Positions 1 to 12,629 are shown, counted from the first letter of the stretch. The stretch: 59,784 nucleotides of DNA from Trichosphaerium sp. ATCC 40318 (GCA_038496445.1 JALMLS010000273.1:1-59784); one strand, 5' to 3'. Made by a program: numbers and translations. The notes: generated from the letters alone by a model not told the origin.

Positions 1-753
1 AACGCAAGTAGAAGGACGCAAATAATTATCCAAAGTACTTTTGTAGATGACTTGACGCGAACTTTATCTACTGTCCTTGTTGTATTACCAATACGCGTTT
101 CTGTTCTATTTGACTTTGCGTAGATATCTAGGAACGAAAAATCAATCGTTTCGGTTTTTGACGCGATTAGAAGCCACTAGAAGTATTCCGTAGCGAAAAT
201 AAGACTTGTAAGCAAGAAAAACGCAAAAAACTTTCTTGACAGATTACACGCAATTTAGAAGGCAAACAGTATTAAGGGTTGGTTTTAGCAACGATATAAC
301 GTTAAGATGTCATTGTTTACAAAAAAAATAAAAACAATTGTTTGAACAGTGATCGCAAATTTCCAATTGGTACCTTGCACAAGTGCTGTAGACTCTTCGG
401 CTTGTGTGCCAATACCAACGCCAATATCTTTTATTCTAAAACAATAAGTTTATAAACACTCTCGCACGCGTCAAACGGTACAATGTATCGCATCCAGAGC
501 GTTTTTTACTTACCTTGTGAGGGAGGCGTCCATATCATCGAGCATATTGTCTTGTTTCGCTAGGAGCGTCTTTTGATCGTCTAGTAGATCACGATTGCTG
601 TAATCTACGAGTGTTAATTTACAAAATTTTGATTAAACAATACAGCGCAAATACACGCGTTTACACTATCAACGCACCATTATAATTGGGAGGTGCAGTT
701 GCTCCTGATCCCCAAGCGCGTCCACCGCCGTTCGAGGTACCGTAGTTGGCCAT
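1..753 (-). CDS. Small Qc-type SNARE (Bet1/syntaxin-8/6-like), multi-exon, 3' end runs off the window
   Basis: Manual splicing from ATG at 753 gives MANYGTSNGGGRAWGSGATAPPNYN|DYSNRDLLDDQKTLLAKQDNMLDDMDASLTR|IKDIGVGIGTQAEESTALVQ|...NRTETRIGNTTRTVDKVRVKSSTKVLWIIICVLLLA. This has a SNARE heptad (QD..LD...SL.R.K..G..IG.Q) and a C-terminal TM helix. GT-AG introns. Confidence 0.75.
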
Positions 754-931
754 ACACAAGGTTGTTGAAGCACAATCACGAGTTTGTCAGCCGGCCGTTG
801 AGCTTAATGTCATTTTGTGGTTAAGCTGTTTTGCTACGTAGGCGATTTTTTTTTGTCTCTTCAACCCCAATAAACATACTGCACTCGTAGGGTGTTGTCG
901 TTTAACGTTACATTTAACCAACTCTACGCAC
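754..931. promoter_or_regulatory. Putative bidirectional promoter between the SNARE and COPA start codons
   Basis: Only 178 bp separate the divergent ATGs at 753 (-) and 932 (+). Confidence 0.55.
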
Positions 932-3900
932 ATGTCTGAGTGGCTGTTATTATTTGAGGCACGACACGCTCTATTGTTTACTGTACGTTACGTATTTACT
1001 GTTTTCAACAGACAAAAAGCAATCGAGTCAAAGGCTTGAGTTTTCACCCTCACCGGCCTTGGATCTTGGCTAGTCTTCACAATGGTGTCATACAGTTGTG
1101 GGACTATCGTATTAAGGCTTTAATTGAACAATTTGAGGAGCATGAGGGTGCGAGATTGGTTTTTTCGCGATCAAAACTGATGACTTCAACAACGCCTTCT
1201 AAGCATTTAACGATGTAGGTCCTGTGCGAGGCGTTTGTTTTCATCACTCCCAACCGCTGTTTGCCTCTGGTGGAGACGATTACAAAATAAAAGTGTGGAA
1301 CTACAAGGAACGCACTTGTTTGTTCACTCTTTTGGGTCATATGGATTATATTCGCACCGTACAATTTCACCACGAATACCCTTGGATTTTAAGCGCTTCT
1401 GACGACCAAACATTACGTCTTTGGAATTGGCAGTCTAGACAGTGTCTATGCGTATTAACAGGTAGGAAACCACCAAAAGTTTTTTATTTTACACCACTAT
1501 TTCCGCGTCGGCCTTTCCTTCGCTTCTTTACAGCCCTGTACGCTTAAATTACTTATAAATACCCCTTAGGACATAACCATTATGTCATGTGTGCAGCGTT
1601 TCATCCAACAGACGATCTTGTTGTATCAGCATCACTAGATCAGTCTATTCGCGTATGGATATCAGCGGTACGTTTAGATTTAAAACAATCAACATTTGAA
1701 TATTTTTTTGGTGAACTTTCTTGCAACGTTGACAGGTTTCATCGCGTTTGTTTTACGTTTGAACAACACTGATGAACGCTTAGGTCTACGTAAAAAGAAT
1801 ATTTCTCCTATGGCTACTGAAGACTCCTTTTCAAACAAACTTCAACCTGATTTATTCGGTGGTACTACAGATGCTATTGTTAAATACGTTCTTGAAGGCC
1901 ATGATCGCGGTGTCAACTGGTAATGTTTTTTTTGACTTTTTGTTCTTTTATTAATTAATAATGTTATTGCTTGTCTAATTGTACGACACCAGGGTTTCTT
2001 TCCATCCTACATTACCATTAATTATTTCTGGATCTGATGATAATCATATTAAATTATGGCGTATGAATGGTACGTTGTTAGCTATTGATAGAGTTTGTAA
2101 TGTTTAATTTTTTTTGCATTTTGAGAAAAGTAATTGCATAACTTACTGTTGTATAGATACAAAAGCTTGGGAAGTAGATACTCTACGTGGTCACTATAAC
2201 AATGTTTCTTCTTGCATATTCCACCCAAGACAAGAAATTATCTTGAGTAACTCTGAAGATAGAGTACGTTTTTTGTTTCAAATTTAGATCAAATTTATTC
2301 CTTTTTTGGGATTGTTTTTATGAAAATTAAGAGCTCTTAAACCGTGTACATCGCATTTTGATCGGTGATACAGCCTCCAAGGAGCTATAGAAAATTTCCT
2401 CAGTCGTATCTTTCAATATGTATGCTCTTATGGCACATGTGTGATAATCGTCCGGATACATAAAATTTATTCAAGAAATCTTTTTTTGTTTTTAGAAAAA
2501 CTGATTAGTTTGCGCCTAATGCGCTTGTTCTATATCGTACGTGAACTGACATTTACTAAGACAATTCGTGTGTGGGATCTAGCAAAGCGTATTTCTATAC
2601 ATCAACCTTACAGACTCGAAAATGATAGATTCTGGATTCTTCAAGCTCACCCAAAACACAACTTATTCGCTGCTGGTCATGATAATGGTATGATCATATT
2701 CAAATTGGAGAAAGAGCGTCCAGCGTATACTACCCATAATGATTCTCTTTACTACATCAAGGACCGTTACATAAGGTACGTGTTTTGTTTCTAAGCAATT
2801 TTTTTTGTACTGACATCACTACTTAGAATCTACGATTTTGAATCCGCTAGAGACATTCCTCTAGTATCTATTAGAGCATCTAAAACGCCACGATGCGTGT
2901 CTTATAATCCAGCTGAACGAACTGTTATTCTAAGGTTAGTGACACCACAAAGAGCGGATTAAGCGCTTTGTTTAATTTACACTTTTTTTGATACGTGAAA
3001 TTAATTAATTTTTATCTAGTTACCCTGGCGATGGTCACTACGCTATTCATCAATTACCAAAAGATCAGAATGGTGGCGCTGGAGAACCACAAAAAGGAGC
3101 TGGTTTAGCTGCCGTTTGGGTCGCTCGTAATCGATTTGTTGTATTGGATAAAACAGGCAAACTGTATATTAAAAATTTGAATAATGAGGTAACCAAAAAG
3201 TGTGATCCTCCACAACCAACAGATATGATCTTCCCAGCGCATACAGGTATGATGTCTTTTTATTGCTTTAAATTTTGGATAAAGTTTATGAATAACCAAT
3301 TCTTTTAAGGTTCTGTTCTTTTGCGTTCTGATGATAGAGTTACTTTGTTTGATGTTCAAAAACGTCAGTCACTCGGTGAATTAGTAGCGCCTAATGTCAA
3401 GTTCGTATTGTGGTCTAGTAACGATAAAAACGCAAAGGTTGCACTCTTGTGTAAAGACAGTACGTGTTTTTTCGTCTTGATTTTTTTTTTCTTTGATTTG
3501 ATATTTTTCTCACTGATTTTTTCTTTAGCTGTCATTATTTCTAATAGAAAGATGGAGTCTCTTTGCGTTGTTCATGAGGTTATGAAAATCAAGAGCGGTG
3601 TATGGGATTCTAGAGGCATTTTTATTTACAACACAAAGAGTCACATTAAGGTATTCTTTTTTGGATGAGCTTGCTTTCGGTCAGGTTATTAACTTTTATT
3701 TAGTACTTGTTGCCTACAGGTGATAGAGGTATTATCCGTACACTTGATGTACCAATCTACATTACTGCTATCAAAGGAAACCGTGTATTCTGCCTTGACA
3801 GAGACGTTAAGAACAGGTGCGCATAGTTTTTTATAATTATTTTTTGTTCTCGAATATTAAATGTTTATAAAGGTCTATTACAATCGATATGACAGAGTGC

Positions 3901-6434
3901 ATGTTTAAATACTACATCAACCATGGAAAATTCCGAGAGGTTAGGAAGATGGTTAAAGGATCTAACCTTATTGGTCAATCGATTATTGCCTACTTGCAAA
4001 AGAAGGTACGTATTGGGCGTTTGTTTTAACCAACTACAGTTTGTATATTTTTTTTGATCAAGATGCAAAGTTTGCTTACTTATTACTCATATAGGGGTTC
4101 CCAGAGGTTGCCTTGTACTTTGTAAAGGATGAAAAGACACGTTTAAGTCTTGCTCTTGAGTGTGGTAACCTTGATGTTGCGTTTGATGCTGCCAAGAAAC
4201 TTGATGATAAAGGATGTTGGGAACGTCTCGGAAATGAGGCTCTGATGCAAGGTAATAACTCTTATAATGTTATACAACGTGTTCTGACTTCTCTTAAAGG
4301 TAATCACGCTATTGTTGAAGTAGCTTACCAAAAAACAATGAATTTCGAACGTTTATCATTCCTTTACCTTATAACTGGTAACACCAAGAAGATAAAGGCT
4401 ATGCTCCGAATAGCAAACCTTAATAACAATATTATGGCTAGATTCCATAATAGTTTATATTTGGGTGATGTTCAGTCCAGAGTGAAGCTTCTAGAGGATG
4501 TTGGACAATACAACCTTGCTTATCTTACAGCTAGCACTCATGGTCTTGAAGACGCTGATCGTCTTGCTAAGGTTATTCAGCATGTACAAGCAAAGAGAAA
4601 AGGAATTACATTAAGCCCTGAGGGTGAAGAAGGAGGTGTCACGGAATTGCCACCTGCTGATTTGCCTAAAGTTTTGAATTCTCCGAAACTGTTGATTCCA
4701 CCTGTTCCTATTATGCGCTTAGAGGAGAGTAACTGGCCTCTTCTTTCTAAGGAGGAGAATCCATTTGCTGTCATGTTGAAACAGCAAGAAGCTCCAGGTC
4801 AGATGGAGATTCCTGCTCAACCTGTTGAAGAAGAGCCATCGTATATGCAAGAAGAAGATCAACAATCATCTGCTGTTGATGATACTGATCCTTGGAAGAT
4901 TGGTGATGATATTGGTGATGATGTTGACCCTGATCTTTGGGGTGATGACCTTGGTTTTGATATCCCTGATATGGATGCAAAGGTAGAAGGACAGGTATGT
5001 GTTAACAAAACAATTGTTTTTTCTTTCTTTTTTTTCGTTTACTGATTTTTCTTTTTTAGGATGACGTTCCAGAGGAGAACTTTGTTAGAGCGCCAAGACC
5101 TGGAACTACTACTCCACAACTTTGGGTTGTTAATTCTAGTCTTGCTGCTGATCATGTTGCTGCTGGACAGTTTGAGAGCGCTATGAAGGTACCGACTCTT
5201 TTTAGTTTTTTTTTTTCCCCTTTCTGCTTACGTTTTTGATTACTTATGTTCTTCTTTAGTTGCTCAATTCTCAAATTGGTATTGTCAATTTCGCTCCTAT
5301 GAAAGGGCACTTTATGTCGTTGTACTCTAGTTCTAATGTTCAACACTGGGGTTTGCCTAGCTTGAAGCCATTCACTACGTACCTACAGCGTGAATTCAAT
5401 GCTAGTAAACGTATTGCCAAGCCTTTGATATACTCTGAGTTACAGCACCAGATGGGTAGCCTTCGTGAAGGTTACTTGCTCACAACACAAGCTAAATTCC
5501 AACAAGCTTGCGTGGTGTACCAGGTATGTACTGTTTTTTTTGCGATACAAGTTCGTTGATTTTTTTTGCTGATTTTTTTGTGTGTAGAGTATTCTTACGA
5601 AGCTTCCTCTTCTTGTTGTTGATTCTCCTGATGAAGTGGATCAAGTTAAAGAACTTATTAGCATCTGTCGCGAGTATACAACTGGATTGGTTATTGAGCT
5701 TAAGAGAAGGGTATGTTTGTTAAGTTTTTTTCATGAAATATGTTCGTTATCATTCTTTAATATCTTATTTAGGAGGTCATGTCAGACAGGAGCAAACCAC
5801 AACCTGTTCGTGCAGCAGAACTTGCAGCCTTATTTACACACTGTAACTTGCAACCAGGCCATTTGATGTTGTGTCTACGCTCAGCGGTACATTTTTTTTC
5901 GGCAGTCTTTGCACTTCTTTTTTTCTTTTTTGTTTGTTGGCTTGTTTTTACTAATTTTTCTTTCTTTTTTAGGCTAATATATGCGTGAAAATAAAGAACT
6001 TTGCAACTGCTCACGCTTTTGCAACACGGCTACTTGAGCTTAATCCAAAAACTGATGTTTTACGATGGGTTAAGAAGGTTATCCATCATTGTGAGCAAAA
6101 CCAACTTAAAGAGTCTTGTGCTATGGATTATGATGGTAGAAACCCATTTGTTATTTGCTCTGGGTCTTTTACTCCTATTTACCGTGGATCTGATAGTGTT
6201 AAGTGTGGTTATTGCCAAGCAACCTACAAACCAGAATTCAAAGGCAAATTATGTAGAATCTGTCGTATTGCCAGGATTGGTGCTAAGTGTAGTGGTACGC
6301 ACTTTTTTTTTTGTTTTTGGAAAGATGTCTTTGTTCATATTTTTTTTTCTGATTTTTTTCTTCTTTTTTTCTTTTACGCCTCTCTTTTCTTCGTACTCAT
6401 TTTTTTTTTCACATTAGGATTACAAGTGTATTAG
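932..6434 (+). CDS. COPA: Coatomer subunit alpha (alpha-COP), about 20 exons
   Basis: Exons give MSEWLLLFE|[107 protein letters not shown] and [10 protein letters not shown]...[10 protein letters not shown]. First intron is GC-AG (959-1011). There is an apparent 1-nt deletion at ~1657 (VWDISG motif), probably an assembly error. Confidence 0.97.
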
Positions 6435-6579
6435 TTACAGTTATTTTAAAACACATATATGGCCAGAACTTGGATTTTTAAAACGTGTGCTTTGCTGTTC
6501 TCATAATAAAAGTTTATTTGTACAGACTTTCTTTGTTTTAAGATGACTCAAAGAGAACTTTTATTCAAATAATATGTGA

Positions 6580-7110
6580 CATTTGTGGTTATTGTACCAC
6601 TTCCTGTATTCTCTTTCTTGTTTATATTAATGAAAGTATACTTGCTCTTCAATTTAGCGCTAGTACCAAATCTTATACTCTCCTTGTTTTTTGGCATTGA
6701 CATGGCTCTGTAATGCGGAATTTACACCTCGTAAAGGAATATTATTACCATATTTTTAATCACGTGCATCACAGTGTCTAAGTGTAGAATTAATCTTTCA
6801 GTTTCTAGTTGTAAATGAACCCAGCAAAGTGCGTTAGAACGCTTGCAGATACTCAGCACGCTGTTTTTGCTTGCAGAATTTCCTATGTTCTCAGTATGGT
6901 AGTAGCAATGCTTCTGCGCTTGTGTTATGCAGTGGTAGCCGTACTGCTTTCAGCCATGATTTTGTACAGTCGCTAGTAGCGCTATTGACCATTCTTGTAC
7001 CACTCCTTATAGTCTCCTTCTTTTATGCCATTATACAGCGTCTTCAATAGACCGTTCTCATACCAATCCTTGTACTCTCTATCTAGTACACCATGTTCCC
7101 AGCACACTAG
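6580..7110 (-). pseudogene. Degenerate MORN-variant repeat gene
   Basis: Fragments WEHGVLDREYKDWYENGLLK..NGIKEGDYKEWYKNGQ* and HVNAKKQGEYKIWY*...EREYRKWYNN resemble the repeats of 40224-41300. Stops and frameshifts are present. Boundaries approximate. Confidence 0.65.
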
Positions 7111-7303
7111 AGTTACAAGAGCAAAGAACCAGCTAGGTCTTTATGAAATATTTTTAACGTCACATGACGAACACGTGTCATTTTATATTTTTAAAGTACT
7201 CATGCTAACTGCTTGTACACGCCAAAAAAAACAACATATTCAAACTACGTGAACAATATTTTAACATAGGCAGTTTGAAATGAGATGTGTGGGTAAAGTT
7301 TAT

Positions 7304-8312
7304 TTAATCTTCTTCACAAGGTCCTTGGGAGGTAATATCCAATTTGTAGAATCTGACTGTAGCAAACTGACCACCAGAATTTGCTTGTAAGTAGGCACCA
7401 GCCTTGAAGTAGTTTGTGAAGCTGCTCCAGTATCCGCCCACACTTACATCCAGTTCTTTATCGCCATCGAGGTACACTTTGAGGCGTCCGTTGTCAGCCT
7501 ACAAGTTAGATGTTAATCAAAACAACCAGCGTAATACCGAAGACGTACATGTATCTCCATATCAAAACGACCATTTCCAACGCTGCCCAAGTTAACCTTA
7601 AGTTTGTGTTAGTTGTATTTCCGAACAATCACCGGTTACTATTACATACCTTTGGAGCATCATCACCGTCTCTGTTTTTCTTATACAAAGCGTAGATGTT
7701 CCCGTTTGATTCCCATTGAATTTTTATCAGAGGTGGGGCGTCAAATGCGTGAATTTGAAGTACAACAACTTTGTTGGCATCAGTTTTGGCACTATCAACT
7801 TTGAGCGTTGCTTTCATCACGTTTTTATCAGATATGTGCCAATTCTAACAAGGAAAACAGAGCATTAGATTAAGTTTAATAGAGTTGTTTGAGTACATAG
7901 TTATCGTCGCCTGGGTTGCAGAGTTGACGTAGCTCAGATCTTGGGTAGCTTGATCCACTCGTTGTTCCGCCATTTGAAGGACAATAGAACGTCATCGATC
8001 CATCGCCTCCAGTGTAAAAGTACTTGGAAGTGTACGTGCGTAGCTAAAGGTAATGTTACAATGGCATGATTGTGGGGAGAAAGGGAGAAATAGTTAAAGC
8101 AGTCGTACTTGAGAAGGTGATCTTTCACTTGCTGATGAATCAGGAAGTGTTATCTTCCAGTTGCTGAGATCGAAGTTTTCTCCAGGTGTTTTGTTAGTGT
8201 CTAGCGCAGTAACTTGCGTGAGGAAGAGTATCACACAAAGAGATAAAGCAATCCAGTTCTGGGTATACTGTGAGATAAAGAGATAGAAGAACGGAAATTT
8301 GCTCTGTACCAT
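7304..8312 (-). CDS. Polysaccharide lyase family 7 (alginate lyase-like), secreted
   Basis: The ATG is followed directly by an intron, then a signal peptide (NWIALSLCVILFLTQVTA) and ENFDLSNWKITLP. The PL7 motifs YPRSELRQ, VVVLQIH and YFKAGAYLQ are present. Stop TAA at 7304-7306. Confidence 0.88.
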
Positions 8313-9255
8313 TTTTCCGCTTGTATTGTTTAGTGTTTGAAAACTTGAGTAGAATGATTCGCAAGTAACTTTATCATACGCTAGTGTGCATGAAAATCAC
8401 ATTATATAGCGGGTAAATTAATATAACGAGACCGACTCAAGTAAAAGTGAAAATCTCTTGGGAATATTGTATGATAAAAAAAAACCATTTCCACTTTTCC
8501 AAACTTACAGATTTTCCCATTCGCCCCCTACTCATAATAAAAAAATTTAATGGTTATTCAAAGGGTAAGATGCAATGTGATCAGATGATTGAGTGGTTGT
8601 ACTAAAATGACAGCACAGTATCAACATTAAAAAGTTGGAAGTTATTTCAACTATCGGCCAAAAATTCCGCAATTTTCACTATTACAGTTTCACGCACCAT
8701 CTCATGTTTAGTTTTGTTTCACTTTGTTTCGCTTGAGTACCTTGGAAATAAGTCGGTGGTACAGAAATACAACAGAGTTGAGAGCGGGGTTTTATTTTTT
8801 CCGCACATGGAGGTTGTGAAAAGAGTTTACAATAGCGCTTGTACAGCAAAGATTTCCAGACAATTTAATGGAAACGCGCTCGTTGTGAGATTCACAAAAT
8901 AATCTAGGCTAGCGCTAGATAGTTTCTACCCGAATCACAAAATAATCTAGCGCTTGCCATTTGCACGTGGAGGCGACGTTTAAAGATAGAGGCTACTTTT
9001 ATTTACTCTTTTTCTATATCTTGAAGTACAACATTCAAGCCACAGACGCTATATAGCGTCATTTCTCGAATTCTCGCGAAACACGTTAATTCTCGGATTA
9101 TTAACTGAATATCTTCATGTTGCGACATCAGGCACAGGCCAACGTGATAGTACAAATGCTGAACAACTTCAACTAAAAAAGTGTCAAAAAAAAATAGCAA
9201 TCCACAGTACAACGCAAAGGTGGTTGAACTAGAAAGAACTAGTCACGTGACCAAA

Positions 9256-9428
9256 CCGAAACCACTTTAAATGGGTTAGATGCATACGTGCAAGTTTCTA
9301 CAGAGGAAAAATCCCACCGTTTGCCTTTGTGAACACTCCACAGGTGTTTCTCTATCCACATTATATGAACATTTGAATCAGGATGAGTAATTCGGATGAG
9401 GAGCACACGCATTTAAAGTTGGTGTCGG
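9256..9428. repeat. ~173-bp segment bounded by imperfect ~21-bp inverted repeats (small MITE or structured ncRNA)
   Basis: Left end CCGAAACCA-CTTTAAATGGGT versus reverse complement of right end CCGACACCAACTTTAAATGCGT. AA flanks both sides. Confidence 0.4.
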
Positions 9429-9612
9429 AATATCTCTTTAGTGAGCTTGTTGTGGTGTGGGAGTAAGTCCTGAACACTTATGTAGGACAAGTTTATTTAT
9501 TCACTTTGATACATTACGTTCTGAAATGCATGCTGCTTTAAAGAAAAAACAAGCATTACAAACTACATTAGAAATAAGAAATAAGAATAAGAGAGGAAAA
9601 CACTTGTTACTA

Positions 9613-10529
9613 TCAGATATTGTCTTTCAATGATTCTAAATTACATAGTAATCTTGCTTTGTGTAAGGTGTATGTTTCCTTTTTTTGAATCCAAGAAATA
9701 CCTAATGCATCAGCGTTTTCTTTTTTAATGTTTGTATTCTTGTAGCCTTCATAGATTGTTATGGATTTAAGTGACTTTAAGTACAAACATGAGTTTGTGA
9801 GTTTATCACAATTATGAAGTTCTAGATGTTCAAGATTTACCAAATTCATCAACCCTGAGTCAGTTATATCACTATTAGTCAAAAATAAATGCTTGACATT
9901 TATCAATGATTTCATTCCATCATCTGTAATTTGACGTCCCTCTAAGATATGAACTACTTGGGCATTGTTGAGATGCTGTAGATAAGATTCTTTTGGGTTT
10001 ATAAGTGATATTTCTTGTACGTCCTTTATAGCCTTTATTCCTCAACAGTGATATACCGACAACTTAATAATCTAATACTATGAACACCTTTTAGAGCCTT
10101 CAATGAAACATCTGTTAAGTCTGTTTGGTTTAAGTAAATTGTATGAAGTGCTCCTCCTTGTGCTAGTGTGACAATACACTCATCTGTGACGCTTGTTGTT
10201 GTGCCAGTAAAAGATATTGTGTGAGCCCCACCAAGGCAAGCCAAGTCCCTTTTTGATAGTGGATCAAATGAACACCAAAATATAGTTATTACAGTGTTTT
10301 TAAGTAAAGGACTGCCTTTGAGACGGCGACAATCTGCTGAGCTTTTTATTTTGATTCTTTCTAAGCCAATATTGTTATAAATGATATTATTAAAAAGATG
10401 AGAGACTGTAAAAGCTGTTATACGATCTTTTCGTTCTAAGTTGCGTAGAATATGCGTTAATATCTCTGGCGGTAGCTCTTGGAGTGGGTAAAGTACATTT
10501 ATTGGTCCTGGGTAAGGTTTGGTGGCCAT
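9613..10529 (-). CDS. Intronless F-box + leucine-rich-repeat protein (one frameshift at ~10040; error or pseudogene)
   Basis: F-box LQELPPEILTHILRNL and LRRs (TDVSLKALKGVHSIRL, ITDSGLMNLVNLEHLEL). Restoring one G at GAG-GGA joins ORFs 10035-10532 and 9613-9915 via GIKAIKDVQEISL...QITDDGMKSL. Confidence 0.75.
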
Positions 10530-10775
10530 CACGTAGAATATATTCCAGAAAACTAAGTCACCCTAATTCATTGAAAACGGCTGTTTAAGATGGCTCTAGC
10601 TAGAGTTACAAAGTCTACCAGTAACGAGTTCCTGAAGAAATATGTACTCTTTACACTTTGTTAAGCAGTAGAGTCACGTGCACTACCTCTAGGGAGCTGT
10701 ATATACCAATTGTTCTCAAGCCTGTCACGTTGTCAAGCTTTTACCACTAAGACGTTAACAATATGGCTATTTACT

Positions 10776-11887
10776 TTACCTTTGTAACACCACACCTAGC
10801 ATTAATAAAAAATACAAATACTTTATTTTTTCAGCGTCCAGTGCTCTTAGAGACTCTTCTTTTTTTGCTTTTTTTTGGTGTAGAAGAGTTACGTCTTCTC
10901 TTTTGTATTTTCTTTTTTGGTTGCACAAAATCATCCTCTTCATCTTGTTCTTCATCATCACTTTTGTCAACTTCCATTGCATCTTCATCTTGGCTATATT
11001 CGTCTTCATCAGATGATTGCTCATTAGACTCTATTACATACAGTCAATAACGATAACAGAAAGAAGATTGGTTTCAAAAAAAAGGGAAGAAAGATGCTTA
11101 CCTTCTTCGGAGGATTCTTCAAATTCTTCTTCTTCATCTTCTGATGTGTCACTGATTAGCTCATCTTCTTGGTCTTGTATTCTTTCTTCTAAAGAAGCAA
11201 TAGTTTTCTATTGTAACACAAGAGTAAGCAACCAGCAGAAAGATATTGTAATCAAAAAACGGCTGATAGACCTTTACATCTACGCGAAGCAATTCGTCTA
11301 CGCGCATATGTGGACTACATATGATTTTTTACGTATTACTCGAGTAGTGGATGTTGTTTTTTTGAAGAAAAATAATTTGATTTTCCAGCTGGGATTGTTG
11401 GTGCAAGTGTGAAGCCACATGCCGACTAATTTTTAAAAATACAAGCTTTGTAGTTTGGTATTATTCATACCTTGCGTTTATCAATAGTTTTCCTCAAAGA
11501 TTTTTGTTTGGCACGCTCAACCTCTATCGCTCTTCTGTATTGAGAAATTCTCCTCTTTTTTGTTTCTTCCTGGATTTAGATCACCAGTAGTTAGTTATAT
11601 AAATATATTACATCTTCCACTACGTACAAGTCTTATACGAGAAGATGCTTCAAGAGCATTTGTAAAGGCTTCCTGTAAGTAAAAGTTAAAAGCGACTCAA
11701 AAAAACAACAAAACACGTGAGAACTTTTTGGGAAGTTGGAGTAATCAGGACACCCTGTTGGGCATCATCTCCCTTGTATTTCGTAGCAAAAAATGTCAAT
11801 ATTTTACTCAAGCAGCGAGTGATAATTTCCTTTTATGAACAAGTGGCGTACATAAAAGTCGACGTCTTCGAGGGTTATACCGCTCAT
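10776..11887 (-). CDS. Hypothetical multi-exon protein with basic and acidic low-complexity regions (possibly disrupted)
   Basis: Spliced reading MSGITLEDVDFY|GDDAQQGVLITPTSQK|EAFTNALEASSRIRL|EETKKRRISQYRRAIEVERAKQKSLRKTIDKRK, then E/D-rich exons. No family recognised; 3' end uncertain. Confidence 0.4.
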
Positions 11888-12490
11888 TTTGCTTAAAACC
11901 TACACTGGTATTGAGTATTTGCTTAGATATATAGTAAAAGCGGCGATTTAATTTCGTTTGAAGCGTGTCAGAATACGCGTCGTTATAGAAATAAATAAAA
12001 GCCGATTTTTAAGGCGATAGACGCATGGCATTGTCAATTAGAGCGGAATTAAGGCAAATGGAGTTTCTTTCGTTGCTAAAACACCAAAAGAGAGAACCTA
12101 ACTTGTGAGTACCTTTGGTAGATCGTTTACTTGCTTTTAGAGCGATTACTAACAATATAACTGTAAGCGTTTGTAATAGTAGATTAACTATACCTAGTAT
12201 AAAGTACTACGCTCCAGAATATCAAAAACAGTACAAACGTCGCTATGGAGATGTAACCGTTAAACAAAAAAAAGTCATCAAAATTATTGAAAAAAAATTA
12301 GATTTCAACTTGTTAAACGGCTATAGCCTTTTAGCGACCACATCGTACAATTTCCAGATAGCCCCGAGCTTTTAATTAAAAAAAAGCAAAGCTAGGGTTA
12401 CTCCTGTACCACACGTGATTTTCATATGAAAATCTCTACATACTCTAATAGGGTTCACACTGTACTTTTGAATTCATACATAGGCCCAAA

Positions 12491-12612
12491 TGTAAGAGTG
12501 ATTTAGGTAAGGAGAGAGTTCAGGCCGATCCCTGAGTGTATTTATTGTGTACGCTTAAGGCGTAGTAGTACAAGATTAACTTAAGAGACATCCGTCATAT
12601 GTGTATCTTACA
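12491..12612 (-). repeat. 3' LTR (122 bp)
   Basis: Identical to 20859-20980; 7-bp terminal inverted repeat TGTAAGA/TCTTACA. Confidence 0.95.
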
Positions 12613-12615
12613 GAG

Positions 12616-12629
12616 CTCCCTTTCTTCTT
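12616..12629 (-). other. Polypurine tract of the LTR element
   Basis: Minus-strand AAGAAGAAAGGGAG, 3 nt from the 3' LTR. Confidence 0.85.

Noticed and set aside
12486-12490. LTR extended by the CCAAA shared before both LTR copies
   Set aside because: TG...CA ends, the 7-bp terminal inverted repeat, the PBS TGG and the CAAA TSD fix the boundary at 12491/20859. The extra match is coincidental.
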